The position numbers and the translations under genes are program-made. A stretch of DNA of 64,000 bases from positions 672,001 to 736,000 of the forward strand of contig CAWDML010000003.1 in the NCBI GenBank assembly GCA_963803435.1. The letters run 5' to 3'. A model generated the notes under the pieces. It saw only the letters and a list, made by a program, of their open reading frames with translations. It did not search any database and was not told where the DNA came from. This stretch comes from an uncultured delta proteobacterium (GTDB lineage Bacteria; Myxococcota; Kuafuiibacteriia; Kuafuiibacteriales; Kuafuiibacteriaceae). Positions 45,914-55,825 of the stretch are shown piece after piece; the stretch's first letter is position 1; each line of letters begins with the position of its first letter.

Positions 45914-47839
45914 ATGGCATCCAAGGACAATCAGTTCGGGCGATACCGCCTGATCGGGATCATGGCGTCCGGCGGGATGGCGAGGCTCTACCTCGCCGTG
46001 ATGACGGGTGTGGACAGCTTCACCCGGGTCGTCGCCCTCAAGCGCGTACTCCCGCAGTTCGGTCGGTCGCGTGAGTTCGTGCGGATGTTCGTCAACGAGG
46101 GCCAGCTGGCGGCTCGCCTCGACCATCCCAACATCGTCCGCATCTACGAGCTGGGCGAGATTGATGGCCAGTACTTCATCAGCATGGAGTACCTGCCAGG
46201 CGAGGATCTTGCGCAGATTCTCCGTCGTTGCAGGAAGCTGGCGCGGTACGTTCCCACCAACATCGCGGCGGCCCTGGGACAGAGCGTCGCCGAGGCGCTC
46301 GAATGCGCCCACGAGCTGGCCGACGACAACGACCGCAAGCTCGGGCTGGTCCATCGCGACGTCAGCCTCTCCAACGTCCTCGTGACCTACCACGGGGTGA
46401 CCAAGCTCGCAGATTTCGGGATCGCGAAGGCGACCCAATCGAGCGGCGCGGCCACTCAAGCCGGCGTTTTCAAGGGCAAGTTTGCCTACGCGTCGCCGGA
46501 GCAGGTCGCCGGCAAGGAGCTCGACGCGCGCACGGACATCTTTGCGCTCGGCATCGTCCTGTGGGAGACGCTGGCCCTCAAACGCCTGTTCAAGCGGGCC
46601 AACGACGCCGCCACCATCAGCGCCGTCGAGAAGGCCGAGGTGCCCTCGCTCCGGACGATCCGTCCCGAGATCCCGGTCGAGCTCGATAACATCGTCCTCA
46701 AGGCGCTGGCGCGGCGGCGCCGGGATCGATTTCAGACGGCCCAGGAGCTCAGCGACGCGCTCGAAGAGGTCCAGCGGACGACGCTCGGTCGTGCCACCGC
46801 CAAGGACCTGCGCGAGTGGCTGGAGGACCTCTTCGGCGCCGAGACCGCCAAGCTCAAGAAGCGCATCGCCCAGGGCCGGGGCCTGGAGAACCTGGCCGAC
46901 GCCGAGGGCGTGCTGCCCGCGTATCAGGCTCGGCTGCGGCTCAAGCCGATGACCGCAGGCGACGCCCTCCTGGACGAGCCCGACGATCTGTCACCCCCGA
47001 AGCCGGGCAAGGTGGAGGATACGCCGCAGCCGAGGATCTTCGGTGCGCAGCCGAGGGGCTCGCACATCACCAACCTCCGGGCGGGCTCGCAGACCGCCCG
47101 CGGGCCCACCACCGGGAGTATTCCGGGCACGCCGCGGGTGGCCTGGTCGATCGATGAGGATCCGGAGGGGAGCGAGGCCACGCGACTCATGTCGGATGTG
47201 GCGGCCTCGCCCGTTCTGAACCCGCCGGTATCGGTCTTCGACTCGGACTGGCGGGGTCCAGGATCGGGATCGCAGTCGGTGCGGCAGGATCTCGGTGCGT
47301 TCGCGCAGCCGAGCGTGTCGCGCGGAGGCTTCGCGCTGGGGGTCGGGTTCGGGTCGCTCATTCTCATCGGTGTGATCGCGCTTCTCGTGGCCAAGGGGAC
47401 GCCGTCCACACCGTCTTCGATCGGCTTGGGCGAGGGGGAGCTGGCGCTGTCGAGCGTGCCGGCGCCCGCACAGATCTACGTGGACGGCGAGGACACCGGC
47501 ATGGTGACGCCCGCAGTGATCCGCGCCCTGCCCACCGATCGGCGGGTCCGCCTTCGCGTCGAGAAAGAAGGATTCGTCCCGGGGGAGGCCGATGTCCAGC
47601 TCGATCCGAAGCGGCGTGTCGAGAAGACGATCCCGCTCGAGAAGGTCGGAATCGTCAAATTCGTGAATGTGCCGCCCGACGCCACGCTCGTGATCGACGA
47701 GACTCCGATCGACGACATCGATCCGGTCGAGCTCAAGCCCGGCGAACATGAGCTGCGCGCGGAGCGCAAGGGCGAAGTGCTTTTCAGTAGAACGATCGTC
47801 GTCAGTCCTGGGGACCAGACGATCCCCGCACGAGAGTGA
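45914..47839 (+). CDS. Membrane Ser/Thr protein kinase with PEGA domain
   Basis: GGMA, VALK, HRDVSLSN, DFGIAK, YASPEQ; TM helix; SVPAPAQIYVDG PEGA motif. Confidence 0.93.
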   Translation: MASKDNQFGRYRLIGIMASGGMARLYLAVMTGVDSFTRVVALKRVLPQFGRSREFVRMFVNEGQLAARLDHPNIVRIYELGEIDGQYFISMEYLPGEDLAQILRRCRKLARYVPTNIAAALGQSVAEALECAHELADDNDRKLGLVHRDVSLSNVLVTYHGVTKLADFGIAKATQSSGAATQAGVFKGKFAYASPEQVAGKELDARTDIFALGIVLWETLALKRLFKRANDAATISAVEKAEVPSLRTIRPEIPVELDNIVLKALARRRRDRFQTAQELSDALEEVQRTTLGRATAKDLREWLEDLFGAETAKLKKRIAQGRGLENLADAEGVLPAYQARLRLKPMTAGDALLDEPDDLSPPKPGKVEDTPQPRIFGAQPRGSHITNLRAGSQTARGPTTGSIPGTPRVAWSIDEDPEGSEATRLMSDVAASPVLNPPVSVFDSDWRGPGSGSQSVRQDLGAFAQPSVSRGGFALGVGFGSLILIGVIALLVAKGTPSTPSSIGLGEGELALSSVPAPAQIYVDGEDTGMVTPAVIRALPTDRRVRLRVEKEGFVPGEADVQLDPKRRVEKTIPLEKVGIVKFVNVPPDATLVIDETPIDDIDPVELKPGEHELRAERKGEVLFSRTIVVSPGDQTIPARE

Positions 47840-48822
47840 AAAAAGTGGTTCCTGCGAAGATCGACCCCGCGCACGCCGTGACACGCTACGCACTGCTCGT
47901 GTCGAAGAACCCGAGCAGGGCCCGCAAGATCGCCTCCATTCTCGGCGTCGGCGGGCTCTCCGCCGAGGTTGTCGATGGACCCGCCGCCATCGGAAGGGTG
48001 ATCACGGCGCGGCAGGAGCGCCCCTCGATCTTCTGCTTTGCGGGCGAGCTCAACGAGACTCTCCTCGCCTGTCGCGACCATCCGGCGCTGGACATCTTCA
48101 CGATCGTCGGTGATCCGGACGCCAACCTCTTCGGGGTGGCCGGCAAGGTCCCGCAGATCATGGGAGTCGTCGGGCTGCGGACGCCGGACGGTCCCCCGCG
48201 CGCGTGGGAGATCCTGCAGATCGCCCGTCGCCTCACCGTGGGCAAGGTGCCGCCGCCGTCGGCCCCGCTGGCCTGGGGCCACTCCTGGTCCGAGCACACC
48301 ATCGCGGGGCTCAAGGAGCGGGACGAGCTCATCGAGCAGGTGCGGGGGTTCTGCAGCGACTTCCAGACGCCGCGGCAGGCCTCGGCGACCTCCCAGCTCG
48401 CCGACGAGCTGATGATGAACGCGATGTACGACGCGCCGGTCGACGAACAGGGCCAGGAGCGCTACGCCCACAATCGCAACAAGGCGATCGAGCTCGAGGT
48501 ACGGGAGCGGCCGACCTTCGGCTTCGGCTGCGATGGCGCGCGGATCGTCATTTCCATCGCCAATCCGTTCGGGCGGCTGCCCAAGGGCGCGGTCTTCGGC
48601 GGCATCCATCGCGGCCTGACCACCGGAAAGATGGATACGCGGGGCGGGGGTGCAGGCCTCGGCATGCTCCTGATCCACCACGCGGCCAAGGTCCTGTTCT
48701 TCGACGTGGTTCCGGGTCGCCGCACCCAGGTCACCGCCATCGTGGAGCTAGACCTACCTCCCCCCGAGTTCCGGAAGATGCCGGGCTCTGTTCACTTCTT
48801 CGTACATCGTCCCCCGGTTTGA
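47836..48822 (+). CDS. HATPase_c-like (RsbW/SpoIIAB-like) protein, paralog of 40850-41779
   Basis: ELMMNAMYDAP, NPFGRL, GGAGLGM, DVVPGRRTQVTA. Confidence 0.72.
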   Translation: MKKVVPAKIDPAHAVTRYALLVSKNPSRARKIASILGVGGLSAEVVDGPAAIGRVITARQERPSIFCFAGELNETLLACRDHPALDIFTIVGDPDANLFGVAGKVPQIMGVVGLRTPDGPPRAWEILQIARRLTVGKVPPPSAPLAWGHSWSEHTIAGLKERDELIEQVRGFCSDFQTPRQASATSQLADELMMNAMYDAPVDEQGQERYAHNRNKAIELEVRERPTFGFGCDGARIVISIANPFGRLPKGAVFGGIHRGLTTGKMDTRGGGAGLGMLLIHHAAKVLFFDVVPGRRTQVTAIVELDLPPPEFRKMPGSVHFFVHRPPV

Positions 48823-48854
48823 AAAGATTCCGTTCCTAGCTTATCGAATTTGAG

Positions 48855-50756
48855 ATGCCCTCCGTCTTGATGATCGATCCACAGGAGGACTTCACGGTCC
48901 CCCTGGCCGACGCGCTCCGCGAGGAGGGCTACGCGATCACCACCGTGGTGGACGGGAAGGAGGGCGTCGATCTCGCGCAGCGAGACCGACCCGACGCGAT
49001 CGTGCTGGCGGTGGAGCAGCGGGGGATGAACGGTCTCATCATCTGCTCACGTCTACGCCGAGCCGCGGCGACCCGGGCGATCCCGCTCGTGCTCACCAGC
49101 GTGGACGAGACCAGCTTCGCCAGCCACAGGAGCTCCAAGTCGAAGGCCGACGCGTACATTGCCAAGCCGTTCTCCGCCATCGATCTGGTGGGCGTGCTCG
49201 GCGGTCTGATCGAGACCAGCCGCGACACGGTCTCGGACCTGGAGATCCCGGCAGGGAAGCCGAGGATTCCGCCACTTCGATCGTCGCCCGGCCCGCTGCC
49301 GTCTTCGAACGGGCGGGTCGCCAGCACGGCGGATCTGCTCGCCACCGACCTCCCGATGCCTCGGGATGACTCCGGCGCGGAGCTGGACTGGATGGTGAAG
49401 CTCCGTCAGTCGATCGCACGGCGCGACGCCCAGATCGCGGAGCTGCGTGCGCGGGCCGAAGAGGCGATGCGCATCCAAGACGGCGTTGCCGAGATGGAGC
49501 GGCGCTACCAGGAGGAGGTGCTGAAGGCGGTTCGCGAGCGGGACGAGACGGTCAAGGCGCACATGTCGATGCAGGAGAAGCTGACGTCGACGCGCCTGGA
49601 TCTCGACGACACCAAGAAGCGGCTCACGCGCGAGAAGAAAGCGCTGGAGGAGCGGCTGGCGCAGGTCCAGAAGCAGAGCGACGAGCGGCTGGCGTCCCTC
49701 ACGAAGCAGAGCGACGAGCGGCTAGCCACGCAGAAGAAGCAGGCCGAAGAGGTCGCTGCAGCGCTGAAGTGGCAACTCGACGAGGTCTCCCAGCGCGAGG
49801 CGCAGACGACCTCGGCGCTCGAGTCCGCAAATCGGCAGAACAAGACGCTCACTCAGAAGCTGGACGAGACGACGCGCAACCTGGAGATGTCGAAGAAGGT
49901 CGCCGCCGACCTCAAGGGCCAAAACGACAAGCAGGCCCACCGGCTGGCGCAGCTCGAGGAGGACCTCAAGCGCTCGCTCGCCGACGCCGACTCGAAGGCG
50001 AAGACCATCGCCCGGCTGGAGGACGAGCTCTCCAAGGCGAAGGCCGAGCACGCGACGGTGGCCATGACGCTCAGCGAGGATTCGAAGTCGACGCAAGCGG
50101 GGTCCGACGCCAAGTCCAAGACGATCGCGATGCGAGACGACGAGCTCGCCAAGCAGAAGGCGAACTACGAGAAGCGCCTGGCGTCATCCGATGACCTGCT
50201 CAGGAAGGCCAACGCCAAGCTCGAGACCAGGCTCAAGCAGCATGCGAAGGACCTCGAGGCCCGTGATGTCTCCAACGCCGGTCTCAAGCAGAAGGTCGCA
50301 GGGCTTGCCGAAGAGCTCGCCCGCGAGAAGTCGGAGCACGAGAAGATGCTCGAGGTCTCGGCCGAGGTCCACGCCAAGGAGATGAACCGCATCCGCGAGG
50401 AGCACCAGCTCAGAGCGGCGCAGATCGAGCAGCAGCATCGCGATGCCCTCAAGCGGGTGGAGGCGGAGCGGGCGGCGCTCGAATCGGATCGACACGCGCT
50501 GGAGGGCCAGGCGATCGATCTCGGCAAACGGCTCGCCACCGTGGAGAAGACGCTCAGCATCACCAAGGCGCAGCTCTCCCAGCAGGAGAAGAAGAGCGAC
50601 GAGCTGGCCGAGCAGCTGACGTCATCGGAGATCCGCGCGGCCGAGGTCGATCGCGCGCTCGCCGACGGCAAGCGCGTCCGTCAGGAGCTGAACGATGCTC
50701 TGGCGGAGATCGGCCGGCTGCTCGAGACCGCCCGCGGCGCTGTCTCCTCGCTGTGA
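48855..50756 (+). CDS. Pseudo-receiver + long coiled-coil protein (AglZ/FrzS-like architecture)
   Basis: N-terminal REC fold lacking the phospho-Asp (AIVLAVE), ADAYIAKPF; more than 400 aa of coiled coil. Confidence 0.8.
   Translation: MPSVLMIDPQEDFTVPLADALREEGYAITTVVDGKEGVDLAQRDRPDAIVLAVEQRGMNGLIICSRLRRAAATRAIPLVLTSVDETSFASHRSSKSKADAYIAKPFSAIDLVGVLGGLIETSRDTVSDLEIPAGKPRIPPLRSSPGPLPSSNGRVASTADLLATDLPMPRDDSGAELDWMVKLRQSIARRDAQIAELRARAEEAMRIQDGVAEMERRYQEEVLKAVRERDETVKAHMSMQEKLTSTRLDLDDTKKRLTREKKALEERLAQVQKQSDERLASLTKQSDERLATQKKQAEEVAAALKWQLDEVSQREAQTTSALESANRQNKTLTQKLDETTRNLEMSKKVAADLKGQNDKQAHRLAQLEEDLKRSLADADSKAKTIARLEDELSKAKAEHATVAMTLSEDSKSTQAGSDAKSKTIAMRDDELAKQKANYEKRLASSDDLLRKANAKLETRLKQHAKDLEARDVSNAGLKQKVAGLAEELAREKSEHEKMLEVSAEVHAKEMNRIREEHQLRAAQIEQQHRDALKRVEAERAALESDRHALEGQAIDLGKRLATVEKTLSITKAQLSQQEKKSDELAEQLTSSEIRAAEVDRALADGKRVRQELNDALAEIGRLLETARGAVSSL
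49650..49748 (+). repeat. Three imperfect 33-nt tandem repeats (11-aa hendecads)
   Basis: ERLAQVQKQSD / ERLASLTKQSD / ERLATQKKQAE. Confidence 0.8.
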
Positions 50757-50771
50757 GCCGCGCTCGGCTCA
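50754..50771. terminator. Hairpin between convergent genes
   Basis: TGAGCCG-CGCT-CGGCTCA; the arms include both stop codons; no U-tract. Confidence 0.4.
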
Positions 50772-51410
50772 GCGTCTCTTCTTCTTCCTGGCCTTCTTTT
50801 TCTTCGGGCGAGCCTCGCGGAGCGGTCGCATCTCGCGAATCGTGGGCGGCGGATCGAGCGCATCGGCGCGGGCCTTGAGATCATCGGCGCGGGCCTCGTC
50901 GCCGGAGCGCGCGTAGAGGTCGGCGGCGCGGCGGTACAGCACGGCGGAGGTTCCGGTCTCCTCGGCGGCTGCGGCCAGCTGCTCGGCGGCCTCCGCCAGA
51001 CGACCCAGGCCTTCGAGCGCCGTGGCTCGCAGGCTACGGACCTGGAGATCCGCGGGTCCCCCCGCCCGAGCGAGCTGGGCCTCGGCGTCCGCAAAGGCCC
51101 CCACGCCGATGAGCTGGGCGGCGAGCTCGACGCGGGCGCCCTCGACCCCGGGATCGAGCATGAGCGCGCAGCGAAAGTGTGCGATCGCGGCGTCCGGGTG
51201 ACCAAAATCCGCCAGATGGCGGGCAAACGCCTGCTGGAGACCCGCGCTTCGCGGGGCGGCCGAAAGCTGAGCAGCGAGGGCCTGGCCGGTGGCGTCGAGG
51301 TCGAACGCGATCGCGAGGCACGGCTTTGGGAGGTTCTCTTGGGGTTGGGCGGGCGCCGCCGTCGCGCAGCCGGTGATGAAGGAGAGGATCACCCCAGATC
51401 GGCCGCGCAC
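50769..51410 (-). CDS. TPR-containing lipoprotein
   Basis: ITGC lipobox; TPR-like helices; Lys/Arg-rich tail. Confidence 0.65.
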   Translation of the reverse strand: MRGRSGVILSFITGCATAAPAQPQENLPKPCLAIAFDLDATGQALAAQLSAAPRSAGLQQAFARHLADFGHPDAAIAHFRCALMLDPGVEGARVELAAQLIGVGAFADAEAQLARAGGPADLQVRSLRATALEGLGRLAEAAEQLAAAAEETGTSAVLYRRAADLYARSGDEARADDLKARADALDPPPTIREMRPLREARPKKKKARKKKRR

Positions 51411-51493
51411 CGGTGCAACGTAGATCTCTGTGATCGCGACGTCTAGCGATCCGTGACTTGCCCTGCCACTTCGCGACCACTAGCTTCCGCGCC

Positions 51494-51970
51494 ATGATGA
51501 TCTCTCGGTGGCGCCTGCTAGCGGCGATCCCCCTGGCCCTCGCATTCTCGGCCTGCGACGGCGGCACGACCGACGACGGCAACGCGGACACCGGGGTCAA
51601 CGACTCCGGGACGAACGATCCCTGTCTCGAGGCAAACTTCACGTCGATCTACACGGATCGCCTTCACACCACGAAGTACTGCGCGGCGGCGGGCTGCCAT
51701 GATCCCCAGACCGCGGGCGGCGGCCAGAACTACGCCCTCACGAAGGCCGCGGTGCACGACACGCTGCTGTCCGACACCGTCAACTCGATCGGCGCGCCCG
51801 ACTATCCCAAGCGCGTCACGCCGGGAGATCCGGACATGAGCTTCCTCTGGATCAAGCTGACCCGCGACGACGCGCCGCTCGGACGCATGCCGCTCGCCAA
51901 GACACCGCTCCAGCAGTGCGACCTCGACGCGATCAACACGTGGATCACGAATGGGGCGATGGACGACTGA
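51494..51970 (+). CDS. Lipoprotein with atypical c-type cytochrome-like domain
   Basis: AFSAC lipobox; CAAAGCH (CX4CH); RVTPGDPDMSFLWIKL..RMP (planctomycete cytochrome c-like). Confidence 0.65.
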   Translation: MMISRWRLLAAIPLALAFSACDGGTTDDGNADTGVNDSGTNDPCLEANFTSIYTDRLHTTKYCAAAGCHDPQTAGGGQNYALTKAAVHDTLLSDTVNSIGAPDYPKRVTPGDPDMSFLWIKLTRDDAPLGRMPLAKTPLQQCDLDAINTWITNGAMDD

Positions 51971-53234
51971 CCGGGCGATCACTCCCGACCAACCCGCGCA
52001 AGAGGAGCACGCCGGCCAGCGTGGTCGAGGCGGCCAGGATGCAGACCGCGAGGAAGGGCTGCTCCGCATGGGCCCAGAGGACACCGCCCAGGGCGGCGCC
52101 CAGCCCCGATCCGCCCTGGTTGAACCCGTTGCGGATCGCCGAGAGCGCTCCGCGCTGCTCCGGCTCGCAGATCTCGAGCGCCAGCGTCTGAAACGGCGCC
52201 GATCGCGATGAGCCCGCCACCATGGTGACGAAGAAGAGGAAGAGGCTGGGGGCAGCGACCGGCCACATCACGCGGCCGAAGTGCGCCAGCTCGAGGCCGG
52301 ACTCGACCAGGCGAGCGTTGACCGCACCGGCGGCGATCGCGGAGAAGGGCATCGCGATCTGCATCAGCGCCATCAGCATGCTGCCGCTGACGATCAGCAG
52401 GACCCGCCCGAAGCGGTTGGAGAGCTTGCCGGCGATCGGTCCACCGAGGAGGATCGCGGGACCACCGACGGCGTAGACCAATCCGCGCGCGCGGGTGTCG
52501 AGGCCGTAGGTCTGCTCCAACCAGGGGCTGGAGTAGACGCTGAACATGGTCATGCTCATCCCGATGCTGGCCGACATCATGAGGACGCCGACCACGCGTC
52601 GATCACGGAGGAGCGAGCCGTAGGCCCGGGCCGCCGCGCCCAGGGAGATGCGATCGGTCCGGCGTTCGGCGCGCGGTCGCGGGAGCAGCGTGAGCAGGCC
52701 GACCCAGACCAGGGCGGCGAAGCCGGAGAAGACGCGGAACATGGTGCTCCACCCGAAGCTTCCGGCGAGGGCGGAACCGATCGGGATGGCGAGGATCAGC
52801 GAGAGAAAGAAGCCGCTCATCACCCAGCCCATCACCACGGCCCGCGTCTGCCCCTCGAAGTGGTCGCCGACGTAGCTGGTGGTGGAGGTGACGAGGAGGC
52901 CGGCGCCCATCCCGGCCAGCCCGCGGGCCACGAGCATCGACGTGAAGCCGTCGGCGGAGGCGCACGCCAGCGTCGAGAGCGTGAGGATGGCGATGCCGGC
53001 GAGCAGGATCGGACGGCGACCGAGGCGATCCGAGATGGGGCCGAAGATGAGGGCGAACGTCGCGGTCGTGATCGAGTAGATCGCGATCCACCAGCTGCCG
53101 CGCTGCACGCCCACGCCGAGCTCGCGCACGAGCTGCGGGAGGATCGGGGTCATGATCAGGAGATCGGCGCCTGAGGTGAACATCACAGCGCAGAGGAGGA
53201 CGACTGTGATCCGATCCCTCAGCGCCGCGACCAC
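51945..53234 (-). CDS. MFS transporter
   Basis: GPISDRLGRRP motif A, about 12 TM helices; the upstream part of the 1066-aa ORF is an antisense shadow. Confidence 0.88.
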   Translation of the reverse strand: MVAALRDRITVVLLCAVMFTSGADLLIMTPILPQLVRELGVGVQRGSWWIAIYSITTATFALIFGPISDRLGRRPILLAGIAILTLSTLACASADGFTSMLVARGLAGMGAGLLVTSTTSYVGDHFEGQTRAVVMGWVMSGFFLSLILAIPIGSALAGSFGWSTMFRVFSGFAALVWVGLLTLLPRPRAERRTDRISLGAAARAYGSLLRDRRVVGVLMMSASIGMSMTMFSVYSSPWLEQTYGLDTRARGLVYAVGGPAILLGGPIAGKLSNRFGRVLLIVSGSMLMALMQIAMPFSAIAAGAVNARLVESGLELAHFGRVMWPVAAPSLFLFFVTMVAGSSRSAPFQTLALEICEPEQRGALSAIRNGFNQGGSGLGAALGGVLWAHAEQPFLAVCILAASTTLAGVLLLRGLVGSDRPVSRPSPHS

Positions 53235-53339
53235 GAGTGTGATCCAAGCAAAGATCGACGCCCGCCGTCGAGGCACAAGCGTGGTCGAGGATGGTTTGAG
53301 GCTCGCCGGAGTGCTAGCGTCCTCCGCTTCGCGCCGCCT

Positions 53340-55301
53340 ATGACACGCCAAGCCGACTTCTCCCAACGTCTCCGCTATCGGGTGGACAACTTCCTCGCTC
53401 GGGGAAGCGGTGCGCTCTTCATCGCCCTGGTGATCGCGTTCCTCGCGTCGATGGCGCTCCTGGTCCTCTTGCGGTGGATCCTTCACCTGATGGCGGCGGA
53501 CGAGGGCACCTCCCTCTTCGCGCACGTGTGGACGGTGTTTCTCGAGCTCACCGACCCGGGAAACATGGGTCAGGACACCGACACACCGGCGATCTTCAAA
53601 GCGGCGGCGATCGTATCGGGCTTCACCGGCGTCGTGATCTTTTCGGCGCTGATCGCGTTTCTGGGCGCGGCCCTCGAGTCTTTGATTGAGGGTTTGAAGC
53701 GGGGCGACACCGCAGTGCTGGAGTCGGAGCACACGCTGATCCTCGGGTGGGGTGCGCGGGTGGTGGAGATCCTGCGCGAGCTCGTGATCGCCAACGAGAG
53801 CGAGGCCCACCCCTGCGTGGTGATCCTTTCCGAGCAGAGCAAGGAGGACATGGATCAGTACCTCCGCGACCACCTCGCCGAGCGAAAGAACACCCGGATC
53901 GTGACGCGGTCGGGCGCCACGGCCTCGCTGTTGATGCTGGAGAAGGTGAGCGCACAGACGGCGAAGAGCGCGATCGTGCTGGCGCACGAGGACACCACCT
54001 CCGACGAGGCCAAGGGGACGAGCGACGCCAAGGTGATCAAGACGGTCCTGGCGCTGATGACGCACGTTCCCGCGAGCCACGACCTCAAGATCGTCGCGGA
54101 GGTCTACGACGAGCGGAATCGCAACGTGGTGAAGGACATCGATCCGGAGCGCATCTTCGTCATCGACGCGCAAGAGATCCTGGCGAAGATCATGGTGCAG
54201 ACCTCGCGGACCACCGGGCTGGCGGTCGTGTACTCGGAGCTCCTCGGCTTCGCCGGCTGCGAGATGTACTTCCATCCCAACCCGAAGTGGGCGGGACTGA
54301 CGTTCTCGGCCGTGCAGTTCCATTTTCCGGACGGCGTCCCGATCGGGGTCCGCCACGCGGACGGCCGGATGGAGATCCGACCCTCGCCGACCTACCAGCT
54401 CCAAGCCGACGACGAGATCCTGATCATCGCGGAGGACGATTCGACCATCCACTTCAAGAACCAGCCCGTGATCGCGCCGAACGATCTGCCGCTGAAGAAC
54501 GCGCGGATCGCACCTCGGTCCGAGCGCCAGCTGGTCCTCGGCTGGAGCCCGAAGGCGCCCATCATTCTCGGCGAGTACGCGGACTACGTCCTCACCGGGT
54601 CGATCATCGACGTGATGGTCAAGAACCCGCCGCCCTCGGTCCTCGAGGAGATCGAGCGCCTCAACGGGGAGCTGGAGACGCTGCAGATCGCGCACATCGA
54701 CGATGATCCGCTCTCGGTCGAGGCGCTCGAGCGCATCAAGCCCTTCGGCTACAACAACGTGATCATCCTTCCCCAGCGACTCGACGATCAGGTCGATCCG
54801 GATCGGATCGACTCCGAGACGCTCATCGTACTGCTCCACCTGCGAAAGCTGCAGGCCAAGCTGCGTGCCCAGGGGTACAGTCGGTTCGGTACCAAGATCA
54901 TCACGGAGGTGCTCGACTCCAACAACCAGGAGCTGATCACGCGCGCGGGCGTGGACGACTTCATCATCAGCAATCGGATGGTCTCGATGTTTCTGGCGCA
55001 AATCAGCGAGCAGCCGGGGATCCAGGCCGTCTACGACGATCTCTTCCAGGAGGAGGGCTCCGAGATCTATCTCAAGCCCGCGTGGCTGTACCTCGAACAG
55101 CTGCCGGTCACGGTGCGCTTCGCGGATCTGATGGCGTTGGCGCAAAAGCGCGAGGGCGAGGTCTGTATCGGGTACAAGCTCAAGGCGCTGGAGCAGGTCT
55201 CTTCGAAGAACTTCGGCGTGAAGCTCAACCCCGCCAAGGATCAGCAGATCACGATCGGCGCCGAGGACGCGCTGGTGGTCGTCGCCGAGGACGATCGTTG
55301 A
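53340..55301 (+). CDS. CASTOR/POLLUX (DMI1)-like ion channel with RCK domains
   Basis: RLRYRVDNF, TM-pore (LTDPGNMGQD)-TM, HTLILGW, GLAVVYSELLGFAGCEMYF, EGSEIYLKP, GVKLNP. Confidence 0.87.
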   Translation: MTRQADFSQRLRYRVDNFLARGSGALFIALVIAFLASMALLVLLRWILHLMAADEGTSLFAHVWTVFLELTDPGNMGQDTDTPAIFKAAAIVSGFTGVVIFSALIAFLGAALESLIEGLKRGDTAVLESEHTLILGWGARVVEILRELVIANESEAHPCVVILSEQSKEDMDQYLRDHLAERKNTRIVTRSGATASLLMLEKVSAQTAKSAIVLAHEDTTSDEAKGTSDAKVIKTVLALMTHVPASHDLKIVAEVYDERNRNVVKDIDPERIFVIDAQEILAKIMVQTSRTTGLAVVYSELLGFAGCEMYFHPNPKWAGLTFSAVQFHFPDGVPIGVRHADGRMEIRPSPTYQLQADDEILIIAEDDSTIHFKNQPVIAPNDLPLKNARIAPRSERQLVLGWSPKAPIILGEYADYVLTGSIIDVMVKNPPPSVLEEIERLNGELETLQIAHIDDDPLSVEALERIKPFGYNNVIILPQRLDDQVDPDRIDSETLIVLLHLRKLQAKLRAQGYSRFGTKIITEVLDSNNQELITRAGVDDFIISNRMVSMFLAQISEQPGIQAVYDDLFQEEGSEIYLKPAWLYLEQLPVTVRFADLMALAQKREGEVCIGYKLKALEQVSSKNFGVKLNPAKDQQITIGAEDALVVVAEDDR

Positions 55302-55825
55302 GCGCGGTCGCTAAGAGCCGGTCCAGAAACCGTTCCGTTCGCAGTTTGCTGTTTCGGTGCCCTGATAGTAATCGAGCAGTCAGGTAGCCAGATCCCCTGC
55401 GTGGCGCCGCGAGGTGCCCAGCAGAAGCGGGATCAGAACGGTCACGGGCGGCAATCCGTGGCTGCGAAGTGGCGGGCCGCAGCGCGAAGCGAACCCAGCC
55501 GTAGCCTGGTAAGGATATGGAGAGGCCGAGCCCCTCGGAACAGGGCGAAGGCAGGACGGACGTGAACAGCGGCTCGATGCGCGAAGCGTTCCGCTCTCCC
55601 GGGGTAACAGGGGCAGCACGCCACGAAAGGAAGACGTTGAACGCGGGAGACCTCGACCGGCGCGGATGGCCACCCCAGCGCACGCACAAGGCCGCAAGCC
55701 GAGGTCGCGCGGGCCGGCGAGGAGTCGGACGAGTCCGTAGTACCTGAGAAGGCAGTGAAAACCGCTGGAGGGAAGGGGCTCTACTTGTCGATGCCACCCA
55801 TTGCCGCGAAGGACGGGGGATTGCG

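Noticed and set aside
53235-55145. N-terminal extension of the 1066-aa minus-strand ORF
   Set aside because: It is the antisense shadow of the CASTOR-like gene; only the MFS part is credible
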